Shown here piece by piece: positions 28,949 through 38,813 of a stretch of DNA of 60,995 bases. The first letter of the stretch is position 1; every line of letters starts with the position of its first letter. The DNA comes from an uncultured bacterium (GTDB lineage: Bacteria > Methylomirabilota > Methylomirabilia > Methylomirabilales > 2-02-FULL-66-22). The notes beneath the pieces were generated by a model. That model saw nothing but the letters and a program-made list of their open reading frames with translations, was not told where the DNA came from and did not search any database. Location: assembly GCA_964576535.1 (NCBI GenBank), contig CAZNWB010000008.1:1-60995 (forward strand). The letters are read 5' to 3'. The position numbers and the translations under genes are program-made.

Positions 28949-29628
28949 TCCTCCAGCACGAATTCAAAGACCAGGGGACACACCACCAGGAAGATCACGT
29001 CGAAACCGGCCAGGAGCTTGAGCCAGTGGCTCACGCCGGCGAGGCCCTCGCCGGCCAGGATGGCCTCGGTGGCTCGCACCGACCCCAGGATCACCGGCAC
29101 TATCAGCGGAAACAAGAGCAGCGGCAGCATCACCTCGCGCGCCCGGAGGTGCGCCGTCATCGCCGCCAGGAGCGTGCCGATGGTGGAGAACCCCACCGTC
29201 CCCAAAAGCGCCACCAGGGCCAGCGACGGCAGGTGCTCCCAGATGTCCAGGTTGTACAGGACGCCGAAGAGGGGCAGGATCAGCGCCTCGGCCATGGCCA
29301 TGAACAGGACATTGCCCGCCAGCTTGCCGTAGTAGATGGACTCGCGGTCGCCCGGGGTGAGGAGGAGTTCCTCGAAGCACTCGTTCTCCCGCTCGGCCTG
29401 GAAGCTGCGCGCCAGGCCCAGCATCCCGGTGAACAAGAACGCCAGCCACAGCAGGCCGGGGGCCACCTCCCGCAGCTTCTCCCGATCCGGGCCCAGGGCG
29501 AAGTTGAAGATGAAGAGCACCAGGGCCGCGAAGAACAGCATGGCATTGACCCGCTCGCGCGTGCGGAGTTCCACCGTAACGTCTTTCCGTGTCATCGCCC
29601 ACGTGCGCCGGAGGAGGTCCGCTACCAT
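28945..29628 (-). CDS. ccmB: Heme exporter CcmB
   Basis: KD...ELR, APGLLW, REVMLPLLLFPLIVPV. Confidence 0.94.
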   Translation of the reverse strand: MVADLLRRTWAMTRKDVTVELRTRERVNAMLFFAALVLFIFNFALGPDREKLREVAPGLLWLAFLFTGMLGLARSFQAERENECFEELLLTPGDRESIYYGKLAGNVLFMAMAEALILPLFGVLYNLDIWEHLPSLALVALLGTVGFSTIGTLLAAMTAHLRAREVMLPLLLFPLIVPVILGSVRATEAILAGEGLAGVSHWLKLLAGFDVIFLVVCPLVFEFVLEE

Positions 29629-29691
29629 GTTCTTCCTGAATCACCAGCAAGGGCGTTCGGCTGTCCCCGCTCCGCTCCGCGTAACGGGGCG

Positions 29692-29755
29692 GAGTCGGCG
29701 GTTCGGCTGTTCGGTCGGACCCTGATCCAAGAGAACAACCGAACTACCGAACGCT
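29692..29755. repeat. Inverted period-8 repeat (GTTCGGCT / ACCGAACT)
   Basis: gagtcggcggttcggctgttcggt ... aaccgaactaccgaacgc. Confidence 0.6.
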
Positions 29756-29756
29756 G

Positions 29757-30485
29757 TCATGCGGCGACGCTGTCGCCGCTTTCCGCGTACCGCGCGTACA
29801 GGTCCCGCAACTGGTCGGAGGTCAGCCCATCCTTCCCCACCCGGTACGAGACGGCACCATCCCGCATGAGAACGAAGCGGTCCGCCATGGCGTAGGCCCG
29901 GGTGAGATTGTGGGTGGCCACGACCGCCGCACCCGCGCGTGCTGTCACCGAGGCCACGTAGCCGTTGAGCAGGGCGATGGCCGCCTGATCCAGCGTGTTG
30001 TGGGGTTCATCCAGGAACAAGAGATCCGGCTCGAACAGGAGCATCTTGCCGATCACCAGGCGCCGCTTCATGCCTGTGCTGAAGGTCCGGACCTTCTTGC
30101 GGGCCTGGCCGGCCAGGCCCACCTCGGTCAGCGCCTTGGTGACCGCCCCGGTGTCCGCCCGCATTCCGTGCATGACGGCGGCGAACTGCAGGTTCTCCTC
30201 GGCCGTCAGTTCCTCGTACAGGTGGTGGTTGTGGGAGATCATCCCGATCCGCCGCCGGATGCCGTCGCGCCCCTTCACCAGGTCCTGCCCCAGAACGCGC
30301 CCGCCCCCCGCCGTGGGCCTGAGGGCCGTGGCCAGAAGTTTGAGGAGCGTGGTCTTCCCGGCCCCGTTGGGGCCCAGCAGGGCCACGACCTCGCCTCGAT
30401 CCACCCGGAGGTCCACCGCGTCCAGGGCAAGCGTCTGCCCGAACACCTTGGTCAGGCCTTGGACGTCCACCATGGCCTCGGCCAT
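29757..30485 (-). CDS. ccmA: Heme ABC exporter ATP-binding protein CcmA
   Basis: GPNGAGKTT, LTAEENL, FSTGMKRR, LFLDEP; precedes ccmB. Confidence 0.93.
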   Translation of the reverse strand: MAEAMVDVQGLTKVFGQTLALDAVDLRVDRGEVVALLGPNGAGKTTLLKLLATALRPTAGGGRVLGQDLVKGRDGIRRRIGMISHNHHLYEELTAEENLQFAAVMHGMRADTGAVTKALTEVGLAGQARKKVRTFSTGMKRRLVIGKMLLFEPDLLFLDEPHNTLDQAAIALLNGYVASVTARAGAAVVATHNLTRAYAMADRFVLMRDGAVSYRVGKDGLTSDQLRDLYARYAESGDSVAA

Positions 30486-30529
30486 GCTTTTCCCCTCGGC
30501 TTCGATTCTACGGCGCCCCATCCCGCAGC

Positions 30530-30600
30530 CATTTCCGATTTCGGATTTTGGATTGCCGATGGCTCGAAATCGAAAATCCAAAATCAACAATCGAAAATTG
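30530..30600. repeat. Inverted period-7 repeat (GATTTCG / AATCGAA)
   Basis: atttccgatttcggattttggattgccgat ... aatcgaaaatccaaaatcaacaatcgaaaat. Confidence 0.75.
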
Positions 30601-30616
30601 CGCCGGGATCCCCCCC

Positions 30617-31123
30617 CTAGGGCCGGGCCAGCGCCATGCCCAGCCCGCTCAGCACCGCCGCCAGCGCCGCACCCACCAGCGCGCACACCTGGATCCGACT
30701 CACGATGCGGATCTGCCACGCCTGCACCTCGGCCGGCACGGCCGCGCCATCCTCGGGAAGCGACCGGACCAGGCGAAGCCCCAGGCCGAAGAACTGGTAG
30801 CTGCTCAGCATCACCAGGACGAAGGCCAGCAGGAGCTTCGGGCCGAGCAGCGTGAAGAGTTTCGGAAAGTACTGCGCTCCCAGGGCGGCCTTGGCCGAGG
30901 TGAGGGTGAAGGCGCCCGTCATCACCAGTACACCCAGCGCCGCCAGGCAGGTCGGGTGATACCACCGGATAACCGCCGCAACGGTCCGGATCCGCTGCTC
31001 CGGCGTCGTGGTGGTGAGCCCCGGGATCAAGGCCGCCCCGAGAAACCAGGACCCTCCCAGGTACACCATGGACGCCAGGAGGTGCGCGAAGCGCGTGAGC
31101 CACTCAGGGCCTGGCATCCACAT
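30617..31123 (-). CDS. CopD/DUF4149-like four-helix membrane protein
   Basis: FAHLLASMVYLGG, LVMTG, KLLL motifs. Confidence 0.7.
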   Translation of the reverse strand: MWMPGPEWLTRFAHLLASMVYLGGSWFLGAALIPGLTTTTPEQRIRTVAAVIRWYHPTCLAALGVLVMTGAFTLTSAKAALGAQYFPKLFTLLGPKLLLAFVLVMLSSYQFFGLGLRLVRSLPEDGAAVPAEVQAWQIRIVSRIQVCALVGAALAAVLSGLGMALARP

Positions 31124-31133
31124 CTGCTCCCGG

Positions 31134-32213
31134 TCAGGCCCGCTCGCCTACGGGAACGGGGCGATCCGATGGGGTCCCCTCCAAGGGGTGGCGGGCGCGG
31201 GCCTCCCACTCGTCCAAGTCGGCGGTGAAGTACTTCAGGCGGATCTTCTTGTATTCCTTCGTGCTGTACAGGAGGGCGTATTCGGTGATGCCGGTTGCCT
31301 GGGAGATGGCGTTGATGATCTCCTGGCAATCTTTGGCCTCTTGCCCATGCACCATGCTGAAGATGCTGAAAGGCCAGTCCGGATACGTCGGCCGCAGGTA
31401 GCAGTGGCTGACCCCCTTGAAGCTTCCCATGATCTGGCCGACTTCCTCGGTCCGCGTGGGCGGCACGACCCACACGCCCATCGCATTGGCCCGGAACCCC
31501 GCCTCACGATGGTGCAGGACAGCGGCCATCCGCCGGAGGTACCCCTGGGCCGACAGGCGTGCCGCCGCCTCGAAGAGCCCTTGCTCCGAGAGGCCGATGC
31601 GGTCCGCCATGGGCCGGTACGGTTCCGCCACGAGGGGAATGTCCTCCTGCAGCTCTCGGATCACTGCAATGTCCACCGGACGCAGCCCGGCCCGACCGGC
31701 TGCGGGGCGGCGGGTCTCGCTGTATCCTGCTTGGCGGGACTCCACACGCTCCGTCCCGGTGTTGCCCTCCATGTCCAGTTGCATCCCGATCTTGAAAAGA
31801 CGCAGGGTGGGCAGGACGCGGGTCGACTCGGCACCGGTTGTGGCGTGCAGGTGCTCCACCGTCCACTCGAGATCGCTCGTGGCCGGGACCGCCAGCGTGA
31901 ACCACAGGTTGAAGGCGTGGTCCCGCGTGTAATTGTGGCTGACCCCGGGATGCCCGTTGACAATGGCCGCGGCCCCGTCCAACCTTTCGGGCTGCACCCG
32001 CATCGCCACCAGGCTGCTCTTGTAGCCCAAGCTGCGCGTGTCGAAGATCGCGCTGATCTGCCGGATGATCCGCCGTTGCTTGAGAGCCGCCATCCGATTA
32101 ATGACCTCGCCTTCGGCGAGATCCAACCGGCCCCCCAGGGCCTGGAACGGACGAGAGACCAGCGGGAAATCCGCCTGGATGGTATTCAAAAGTCGCTTAT
32201 CCAGATCGTCCAC
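31134..32213 (-). CDS. ahbAB: Fused siroheme decarboxylase AhbA-AhbB (NirDL/GH-like)
   Basis: Two AsnC-like halves: QADFPLVSRPF...VSHNY.R...NLWFT and LQEDIPL..EPY...HREAGF.ANAM.VW...VSHCYLRP; GTG start after GGAGG. Confidence 0.9.
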   Translation of the reverse strand: MDDLDKRLLNTIQADFPLVSRPFQALGGRLDLAEGEVINRMAALKQRRIIRQISAIFDTRSLGYKSSLVAMRVQPERLDGAAAIVNGHPGVSHNYTRDHAFNLWFTLAVPATSDLEWTVEHLHATTGAESTRVLPTLRLFKIGMQLDMEGNTGTERVESRQAGYSETRRPAAGRAGLRPVDIAVIRELQEDIPLVAEPYRPMADRIGLSEQGLFEAAARLSAQGYLRRMAAVLHHREAGFRANAMGVWVVPPTRTEEVGQIMGSFKGVSHCYLRPTYPDWPFSIFSMVHGQEAKDCQEIINAISQATGITEYALLYSTKEYKKIRLKYFTADLDEWEARARHPLEGTPSDRPVPVGERA

Positions 32214-32429
32214 GGGTAACGCCCCCTCCCAGGAACAGCCACTGAACCGGGGCAATCCAGCACCGCCATTTTGCTCGCGTCGGCATCTTACTGGATTTTC
32301 CCCAGCATGACAAGGCACCCACTCCCGCGGGACGTGGGACAGACTGCCCCGGTGGGAAGCCCGCACCTCCCCGATGATCCAGCGGATCTGGTGGGTTCCC
32401 GCAGCAGCGCCGACAGAACGATCTCCGGG

Positions 32430-32981
32430 TCAGGATTCTGGCGGGTCCGGTGCGCCCTGGGCTCTCCCAGCCTCCGGGGAGGTGAGGCAGCAATTCTGGC
32501 AGCCTTCCTGGCGGGAGTGGCCGGTTGCTGTCTCGAAAGCGAGGCAGCACTTCAATCGCCCACACATCCCGGAGGATCGGTCCGGCGTCAGCGGAAACCT
32601 CTGCGCCTTCACCGCTTTGACCGAGACGGGTGGGAACCCTGCCAGGAAGCTCTTGCAGCACAGCGCGCGGCCGCAGGGGCCGCAGGTGCCGGTTTGCCTG
32701 GCCTCGTCGCGCGGGCCGATCCGGTGCAGGATCACCCGCATCCGCAGGTCGCGACAGAGGTCGCGGACCAGGTCCCGGAAATCGACTTTCTCATCCGACG
32801 TAAAGAAGATGGTCGCGGACCGACAGATCTCCCGCACCTCGGCGCGCCGCGTATCGGCCTCCTTCCGCAGGGAGGGCGCAACCCGTGGAAGAAGCGGTCT
32901 GCCCTCCGCCCCGGACAACTCCCGCCGGGGCCCCGGGACGCTCCCCGGATCCGATCCACCATGCTCGATGGACTCGTCCAC
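32430..32981 (-). CDS. PSP1/RicT C-terminal domain protein, apparently shortened
   Basis: VDFRDLVRDL, IGPRDEA, G.CGRALCC, SGMCGRLKCCLAFE. Confidence 0.75.
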   Translation of the reverse strand: MDESIEHGGSDPGSVPGPRRELSGAEGRPLLPRVAPSLRKEADTRRAEVREICRSATIFFTSDEKVDFRDLVRDLCRDLRMRVILHRIGPRDEARQTGTCGPCGRALCCKSFLAGFPPVSVKAVKAQRFPLTPDRSSGMCGRLKCCLAFETATGHSRQEGCQNCCLTSPEAGRAQGAPDPPES

Positions 32982-32991
32982 GCATCCCGCC

Positions 32992-33837
32992 TTAGCCGCG
33001 CATCGCGGCGCGCCGCGCCTCAACCGCCGCCTGCAGCCGGAGAAACTCCCCCTCCGGCAGACAGGGCGTTCCGGGGGCAGGCCCGTGATCGCGGCCCGTA
33101 CCCCCGTGGAAGTCCGATCCGCCCGTCACCAGAAGTCCCCGCCGCTCCGCCAGCCGGCGGTAATGGGCTGTGACCCCGGCCGAGTGGCAGACGTGGTATG
33201 CCTCGACGGCATCCAGGCCCGCAGCAACGAGATCAGGCATTGCGTCATCCCGATTGTGCAGGCCCGGATGAGCCAGCGAGGCCAGCCCGCCCCCCTGCTG
33301 GATCACCCGGATCGCCTCCGAGACCGTCACGTCCGGCCGCGGGACGTAGGCTGGCCTCCCATCGCCGAGAAACCGCTCGAAGGCTTCGTCGGTGGAGGCC
33401 ACGAATCCCCGGTTAACGAGCACACGAGCCAGATGCGGTCGCGCTACGTTCCCGTCCTGGGTCCGGGCCAAGACCTCCTCCGCATCCACCGTTATGCCCA
33501 GGGCCCGCAATCGGTTCAGCATTGCCTGCAGGCGGGTCCGCCGGGCCTCCCGCCGGGCCTGCAGGAAAGCCAGGAGGGCGGCATCCGCAGGGTCCACGAA
33601 GTAGCCCAGGATGTGAAACTCTACCCTGTGCCACATCGCGGACAGCTCGATCCCCGGAATCAGCCGGAGGCCCAAGGCCCGTGCCTGCGCCTCGACCTCT
33701 GGCAACGCATCCACGGTGTCGTGATCGGTGACGCTGAAGATCTGGAGATTGGCGTTCTGTACCGCAGAAACAAGGGCCGCCGGTTCAAGCAGCCCGTCGG
33801 AGGCCGTGGTATGCAGGTGCAGGTCAATACGCATCAT
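32992..33837 (-). CDS. PHP domain phosphoesterase (YciV/TrpH-like)
   Basis: DLHLHTTASDG, TDHD, LAHP, TGGSDFHG. Confidence 0.92.
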   Translation of the reverse strand: MMRIDLHLHTTASDGLLEPAALVSAVQNANLQIFSVTDHDTVDALPEVEAQARALGLRLIPGIELSAMWHRVEFHILGYFVDPADAALLAFLQARREARRTRLQAMLNRLRALGITVDAEEVLARTQDGNVARPHLARVLVNRGFVASTDEAFERFLGDGRPAYVPRPDVTVSEAIRVIQQGGGLASLAHPGLHNRDDAMPDLVAAGLDAVEAYHVCHSAGVTAHYRRLAERRGLLVTGGSDFHGGTGRDHGPAPGTPCLPEGEFLRLQAAVEARRAAMRG

Positions 33838-33988
33838 CCCGTCAGCACTATCCTCCCGTCAGCATTTTCCGGCCGTCAGCGTTTTCCGGACAAAAAAGAG
33901 CAACATTGTGAATTTAGTCGTGCCTCCAGGGGGTGTCAACTGAATTCTCCGTCTTGTTCGGATTACGGAGCCGAGTCCCACCTCTCCC

Positions 33989-34774
33989 TCATCCCTGCGG
34001 GAACGCCTCGCGAAACTTCGCCAGGGCCTCGGCCGAAGCCCTGGAGAGCAGGATCACATCCGACAGGAGCGTGATCAGTTGATAGCCTCGATCGTACAGC
34101 ATCTTCGCCTGTTCCCAGCCGGCCGAGATCGTTCCCAGGGGCATCCCCAGGGCCTTGGCCTTCGCCTCCACCGTGGCGATCGCCGCCTGGACCTCCGGGT
34201 GAGCGGGATTCCCGAGGTGCCCCATGCATGTGGAGAGGTCCATGGGGCCGATGAAGAGGGCATCCACTCCGGGCACCTTGCCAATCGCGTCGAGGTTCTC
34301 GATGGCCTGCGGCGTCTCGACCTGGAGGATCACCAGGAGCTCATCGTTGGCCCGCTTGAGGTAGGCGCTCGTGTCCCGGCCGAATCCCGCCGCCCGCGGG
34401 CTCCCAGCGATCCCGCGAATGCCGGCCGGTGGGTACTTGCAGGCCTGGACCGCCGCTATCGCCTGTTCGCGCGTGTTCACGGAGGGGATCATGACGCCGT
34501 AGGCTCCGGCATCCAGGATCCGCTTGATCCACACCAGATCGTTCCACGGGGCACGCACGAGGGGGGCGACCCCGGATGCACCCATCGCCTGCAGTTGGGC
34601 GACCAGCGTCTGGAGGTCGGCCGGGCTGTGCTCCATGTCGATCAGCACCCAGTCAAAGCCCGCACGGCACAGGATCTCCGCGGAGGTGGGGCTGCACAGT
34701 TGCGCCCACGCCCCGGCAGTCTTTTTTCCGGCCTTGAGCATGCGCTTGAGGCGATTCTCAAACAGTTCAGACAT
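33989..34774 (-). CDS. HpcH/HpaI family aldolase
   Basis: GFDWVLIDMEH, KRILDAGA, QVET, FIGPMDLS; ATG after AAGGAG. Confidence 0.92.
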   Translation of the reverse strand: MSELFENRLKRMLKAGKKTAGAWAQLCSPTSAEILCRAGFDWVLIDMEHSPADLQTLVAQLQAMGASGVAPLVRAPWNDLVWIKRILDAGAYGVMIPSVNTREQAIAAVQACKYPPAGIRGIAGSPRAAGFGRDTSAYLKRANDELLVILQVETPQAIENLDAIGKVPGVDALFIGPMDLSTCMGHLGNPAHPEVQAAIATVEAKAKALGMPLGTISAGWEQAKMLYDRGYQLITLLSDVILLSRASAEALAKFREAFPQG

Positions 34775-35050
34775 GGGCGTCTCCTTTGTGTCCCCTCCCA
34801 TGGGACGGAAGAGCGCCCCCGTGAGAAGGCGCAGGCAGAGCCTACCCCGCTCCGGCGAATTCGTCCAGCCGGAACAGTCCGCGGGACAGACGTCCGAACA
34901 TTCCGCAGGGACCCCCCCGGAACCACGGGCGGGAAGGAATCGGGAACCCAATGGGTCGGGCGAAGCAGGTCAAGACAGGAAAAACGATGGAGCGGATCCA
35001 GCGGACGTCAGGGCAACGGGGTGGGGATAGGCGAGGCGGATGGCCAGGGG

Positions 35051-35500
35051 TTAGAGGCCGCTCCAGGATCCATAGATCGAGGAATACCCGACGGAGCCGC
35101 CGTTGCCCGTATTGACAGTAAAGGGCGAGGGATAGGTTCCCGTATTGCTGGCACCCTTGCTGTAAACATACACGTCTTCAAGCCCTGGTACCTGACCCAA
35201 CAGCAAAGATTGCGACAGTTCGTATGGAATCCCCCACGGATCATTGTCGCTGACGTTGGTCATCGTGGTATCCCGGATCAGCTTGATGCTGGTCGGGTAG
35301 ACATTCTTGTCATTGGCGTACACGACGCACTGGGAGACCGCCAATCGGGTATCCGCCGCGGCGCGCGAATACCTGGTCTTGCGGTGAGCGCTCAACAGGT
35401 TCGGGATAGCGATGGTGGCCAGGACGCCGATGATCGCCACAGTGATGAGTAGCTCGATCAGCGTGAATCCTCTGCCCGCCCTCTGTCGAAAGGCCCTCAT
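35051..35500 (-). CDS. Orphan type IV pilin/pseudopilin
   Basis: GFTLIELLITVAIIGVLATIAIP and DPWG..Y motif; visibly lower GC. Confidence 0.88.
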   Translation of the reverse strand: MRAFRQRAGRGFTLIELLITVAIIGVLATIAIPNLLSAHRKTRYSRAAADTRLAVSQCVVYANDKNVYPTSIKLIRDTTMTNVSDNDPWGIPYELSQSLLLGQVPGLEDVYVYSKGASNTGTYPSPFTVNTGNGGSVGYSSIYGSWSGL

Positions 35501-35595
35501 TCCGATGCCCCTATTGCTCCTGTCTCAGGCTGCCACTCCGGCAGCCGACAGCATGAAATGCCGGGGTTACATGCTTCAGCTATCTCCCATGCGTA

Positions 35596-35612
35596 TGGCA
35601 CCATTCGTGCCA
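35596..35612 (-). promoter_or_regulatory. Putative sigma54 -24/-12 promoter of the pilin
   Basis: TGGCAC-GAATG-GTGC (GG-N10-GC), 95 bp upstream of the pilin ATG; the site is palindromic. Confidence 0.6.
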
Positions 35613-35755
35613 GAATGGATCAGTGAAAGTCTCTCCACGTCCGGTGATTGAAACTTCTCATTGAATTCGGTATGTTATGACGCTATGGCGCGCTCGGATT
35701 CCGGCCACGTGTTCGGCCGAAACGCAAGGTTTTCTATCCGTTCTTATTAATTAAG

Positions 35756-35780
35756 ATCAACGCCTTGACATTTTTTGTCA
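35756..35780. promoter_or_regulatory. Putative IHF-like site and enhancer palindrome
   Basis: ATCAA-N4-TTG after an AT-rich tract, overlapping TGACA-N5-TGTCA. Confidence 0.4.
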
Positions 35781-35853
35781 GCCGAGGTTAGCCCATGCTG
35801 AGGAGAACCGACATGAGGAACCCGTGAAGCCTTCATCATGCCCGGCGTTAAGA

Positions 35854-35899
35854 CGTGGTGGCTCCAGCAGGATACGAACCCCCCTTTTGGCCCTGAGCG
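35854..35899 (-). pseudogene. Degenerate copy of the tRNA-Glu 3' half (att-like remnant)
   Basis: 25/28 identity to 37869-37896, with ungapped similarity continuing to the anticodon. Confidence 0.65.
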
Positions 35900-36106
35900 C
35901 CTGCCTGGCCCGGCTGGGGGGCTTGTAGCACGCGTGATCGGGACGAGTCAAGAAGGCCGAGGGGGCGAGACGGAGACTCTCCTTGACAGCGCCACCCAGG
36001 CTGCGGCATGCTCGAAGTCGTTCGCCCGCGAGAGTGCCCGGGTATCAGGGCCGAGGCCAGAGTGTCCCGTACTCCTTGAAACATTCCAGCGGGAAGAGAC
36101 GTGACG

Positions 36107-37798
36107 ATGACGCAAAGCGACGCGAATCCGCCTGTGGACTTCATCCGGGCCGCGGTGATGGAGGATCTGAAGTCGGGTCGCTCTACCCGTGTGCGCACCC
36201 GCTTCCCTCCCGAGCCGAACGGCTACCTGCACATTGGCCACGCCAAGGCCATCTGCATCGACTTCGGCATTGCGGCCGAATTTGGGGGCAGGTGCAATTT
36301 GCGCTTCGATGACACCAACCCGGTGAAGGAGGAGGTGGAGTACGTCGAGTCCATCCAGCAGGATATCCGCTGGCTGGGTTTCGATTGGGAAGACCGGCTG
36401 TACTATGCCTCCGACTACTTCGAGCGGTTGTACGAGTACGCCGTCACGCTCATCAAAAAAGGGAAAGCCTACGTGTGCGATCTGAGCGCCGACGACATCC
36501 GCGAGTACCGGGGCACCCTCACCGAGCCGGGCAAGGAGAGCCCGTACCGCAATCGGACGGTGGAAGACAACCTGGATCTTTTCGCACGCATGCGGGCCGG
36601 GGAATTTCCGGACGGCTCGCGCACCCTGCGCGCCAAAATCGACATGGCCTCCGGCAACATCAATCTGCGGGACCCGGTGATGTACCGCATCATCCACGCC
36701 CCGCATCACCGCACGGGCGACGCGTGGTGCGTGTATCCGATGTACGACTTCGCCCATGGCCAGTCGGACTCCATCGAGGGCATCACCCACTCGTTGTGCT
36801 CGCTGGAGTACGAAGATCATCGCCCGCTGTACGACTGGTTCCTCGATGCGCTGGAGATTTACCATCCTCGCCAGATCGAGTTCGCTCGCCTCAATCTCTC
36901 CTCCACCGTGCTGAGCAAGCGGAAGCTCCTGCGGCTGGTGCAGGAAAAGCACGTGAAGGGATGGGACGACCCGCGCATGCCTACCCTCTCCGGCTTGCGC
37001 CGCCGGGGCTACAGCCCGGAAGCCATCCGGGACTTTTGCAATCGAATCGGCGTGGCCAAGAAAGACAGCATCGTGGACATTGCCCTGCTGGAACACTGCC
37101 TGCGCGAGGACCTGAACAAGCGCGCGCCGCGCGTGATGGGCGTGCTGAGACCCCTGCGGGTCGTGATCGAGAATTTCCCTGAGGGGCACGCGGAAGAGGT
37201 CACCGCGGTGAACAACCCCGAAGACGCGGCCGCCGGGACGCGCACCCTGCCGTTCTCCCGCGTCCTGTACATCGAGCAGGACGACTTCCGCGAGAACCCG
37301 CCACCCAAGTATTACCGTCTCGCCCCGGGACGCGAGGTGCGCCTGCGCTATGCCTACTTCATCACGTGTGTGGAGGCGGTGAAGGATGCCAGGGGAACCG
37401 TTGTGGAACTGCGGTGTACCTATGACCCGGCCACCCGCGGTGGCGATGCGCCGGACGGCCGCAAGGTGAAGGCCACCATCCACTGGGTGTCGGCGGCGCA
37501 CGCTGTGCCGGCCGAGGTGCGACTGTGCGACCGGCTCTTCCTCAAAGAGGATCCGGAAGACGTGGACGAGGGCCAGGATTTCCTGGCGAGCCTCAACCCC
37601 AATTCGCTGGAGGTATTGACCGGGTGCTGGGTGGAGCCCGGCCTAGCCGAAGCCAAGGCTGGGACCATCCACCAGTTCGAGCGGCAAGGCTATTTCTGCG
37701 TGGATCCTGATACCGCCAACGGGACCCTGCTGTTCAACCGCGCCGTCTCGCTGAAGGACGAATGGGCCAAGATTGAAAAGGCCCAGCAGGCCGGATGA
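36107..37798 (+). CDS. glnS: Glutamine--tRNA ligase
   Basis: [46 protein letters not shown]. Confidence 0.97.
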   Translation: MTQSDANPPVDFIRAAVMEDLKSGRSTRVRTRFPPEPNGYLHIGHAKAICIDFGIAAEFGGRCNLRFDDTNPVKEEVEYVESIQQDIRWLGFDWEDRLYYASDYFERLYEYAVTLIKKGKAYVCDLSADDIREYRGTLTEPGKESPYRNRTVEDNLDLFARMRAGEFPDGSRTLRAKIDMASGNINLRDPVMYRIIHAPHHRTGDAWCVYPMYDFAHGQSDSIEGITHSLCSLEYEDHRPLYDWFLDALEIYHPRQIEFARLNLSSTVLSKRKLLRLVQEKHVKGWDDPRMPTLSGLRRRGYSPEAIRDFCNRIGVAKKDSIVDIALLEHCLREDLNKRAPRVMGVLRPLRVVIENFPEGHAEEVTAVNNPEDAAAGTRTLPFSRVLYIEQDDFRENPPPKYYRLAPGREVRLRYAYFITCVEAVKDARGTVVELRCTYDPATRGGDAPDGRKVKATIHWVSAAHAVPAEVRLCDRLFLKEDPEDVDEGQDFLASLNPNSLEVLTGCWVEPGLAEAKAGTIHQFERQGYFCVDPDTANGTLLFNRAVSLKDEWAKIEKAQQAG

Positions 37799-37829
37799 TG
37801 CGTCTCGGTCGCCCGCAGGGACCGGGCAG

Positions 37830-37868
37830 AAAAAAAGAAACGCGGGGTATTCACACCCCGCGTTTTTG
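37830..37868. terminator. Bidirectional intrinsic terminator between glnS and tRNA-Glu
   Basis: AAACGCGGGGT-N6-ACCCCGCGTTT with A-run and T-run flanks. Confidence 0.85.
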
Positions 37869-37870
37869 CG

Positions 37871-37948
37871 TGGTGGCCCCAGCGGGATTCGAACCCGCGT
37901 TTCAGCCTTGAGAGGGCCGCGTCCTAGGCCGGGCTAGACGATGGGGCC
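37871..37948 (-). tRNA. tRNA-Glu(CTC)
   Basis: GGCCCCA acceptor, anticodon loop CTCTCAA, GGTTCGAATCC, encoded CCA. Confidence 0.96.
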
Positions 37949-38008
37949 GGTCCGAAGAATCTCAGCACAACAAAATGAAGCGCCTGCGTCCTCCCGCGCG
38001 CAGGGGAA

Positions 38009-38082
38009 TGGCTGCGGGGTAGGGATTCGAACCCCAATAAGCAGATCCAGAGTCTGCCGTCCTACCGTTGGACGACCCCGCA
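38009..38082 (-). tRNA. tRNA-Gln(CTG)
   Basis: TGCGGGG acceptor, GCAGA-CTCTGGA-TCTGC anticodon arm, GGTTCGAATCC, encoded CCA. Confidence 0.96.
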
Positions 38083-38240
38083 ATCGGACCAGATCCGGGA
38101 GAGAGACCCCGGGAGGATGGCAAGGGAAAAGCAACGTCCAAAGGCGTCGCCTTTGGACGGATGCAGTATCGGGTATCCCTAGCGAAAAGTCAAGGGTCGG
38201 CCCAGGCCCGCGGCGCACCGGGAACCCACGCTGCCTGCCC

Positions 38241-38813
38241 TCAGGAACCGAGTGTGCCACGGAGCCCCAGCTCGTTGGCGATGCCCTGCATTGCCTTGAT
38301 CACGAAGGTGACGTGCTCGGTCAGTTCCACCCCCAGCTCCTCCGCCCCCTTCAGGATATCCTCGCGTTTGACGTTCCGGGCGAAGGCCTTGTCCTTCATA
38401 CGCTTCCGGACGGAGGTCGCCTCCAGATCCAGGATGCTCTTCGTCGGACGGATGAGGGCAGCGGCCGTGATGAAGCCGCACAGCTCGTCACAGGCAAAGA
38501 GCGTCTTCTCCAGGAGCGTCTCGCGCGGCACCCCCGAGTACTCGGCGTGGGAGAGGACCGCCTTGACGACGAACTCCGGGTATCCCCGGGCCCGCAGCAC
38601 CTCGGCCCCCTTGAAGGGGTGCCCGGCCTCGGCGCTGGGGTACCGCTCGTAATCGAAGTCGTGGATCAGGCCCACGATGCCCCACGTGTCGGGATCCTCG
38701 CCGAACTTCGCCGCGTAGGCCCGCAGGGCCGCCTCCACCGCCAGGGCGTGCTTGGTCAGGCTTTCGCTCTGCGTGTATTCCGTCAGCAGCTCCCAGGCCG
38801 CCTGTCTGTTCAT
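38241..38813 (-). CDS. HD-domain (HDIG) hydrolase
   Basis: KHALAVEA, GLIHDFDYE, LFACDELCG, KDKAFA..V.R. Confidence 0.9.
   Translation of the reverse strand: MNRQAAWELLTEYTQSESLTKHALAVEAALRAYAAKFGEDPDTWGIVGLIHDFDYERYPSAEAGHPFKGAEVLRARGYPEFVVKAVLSHAEYSGVPRETLLEKTLFACDELCGFITAAALIRPTKSILDLEATSVRKRMKDKAFARNVKREDILKGAEELGVELTEHVTFVIKAMQGIANELGLRGTLGS

Noticed and set aside
35501-35850. c-di-GMP riboswitch or 6S RNA upstream of the pilin
   Set aside because: No matching consensus motifs found; better explained by promoter elements and the tRNA remnant
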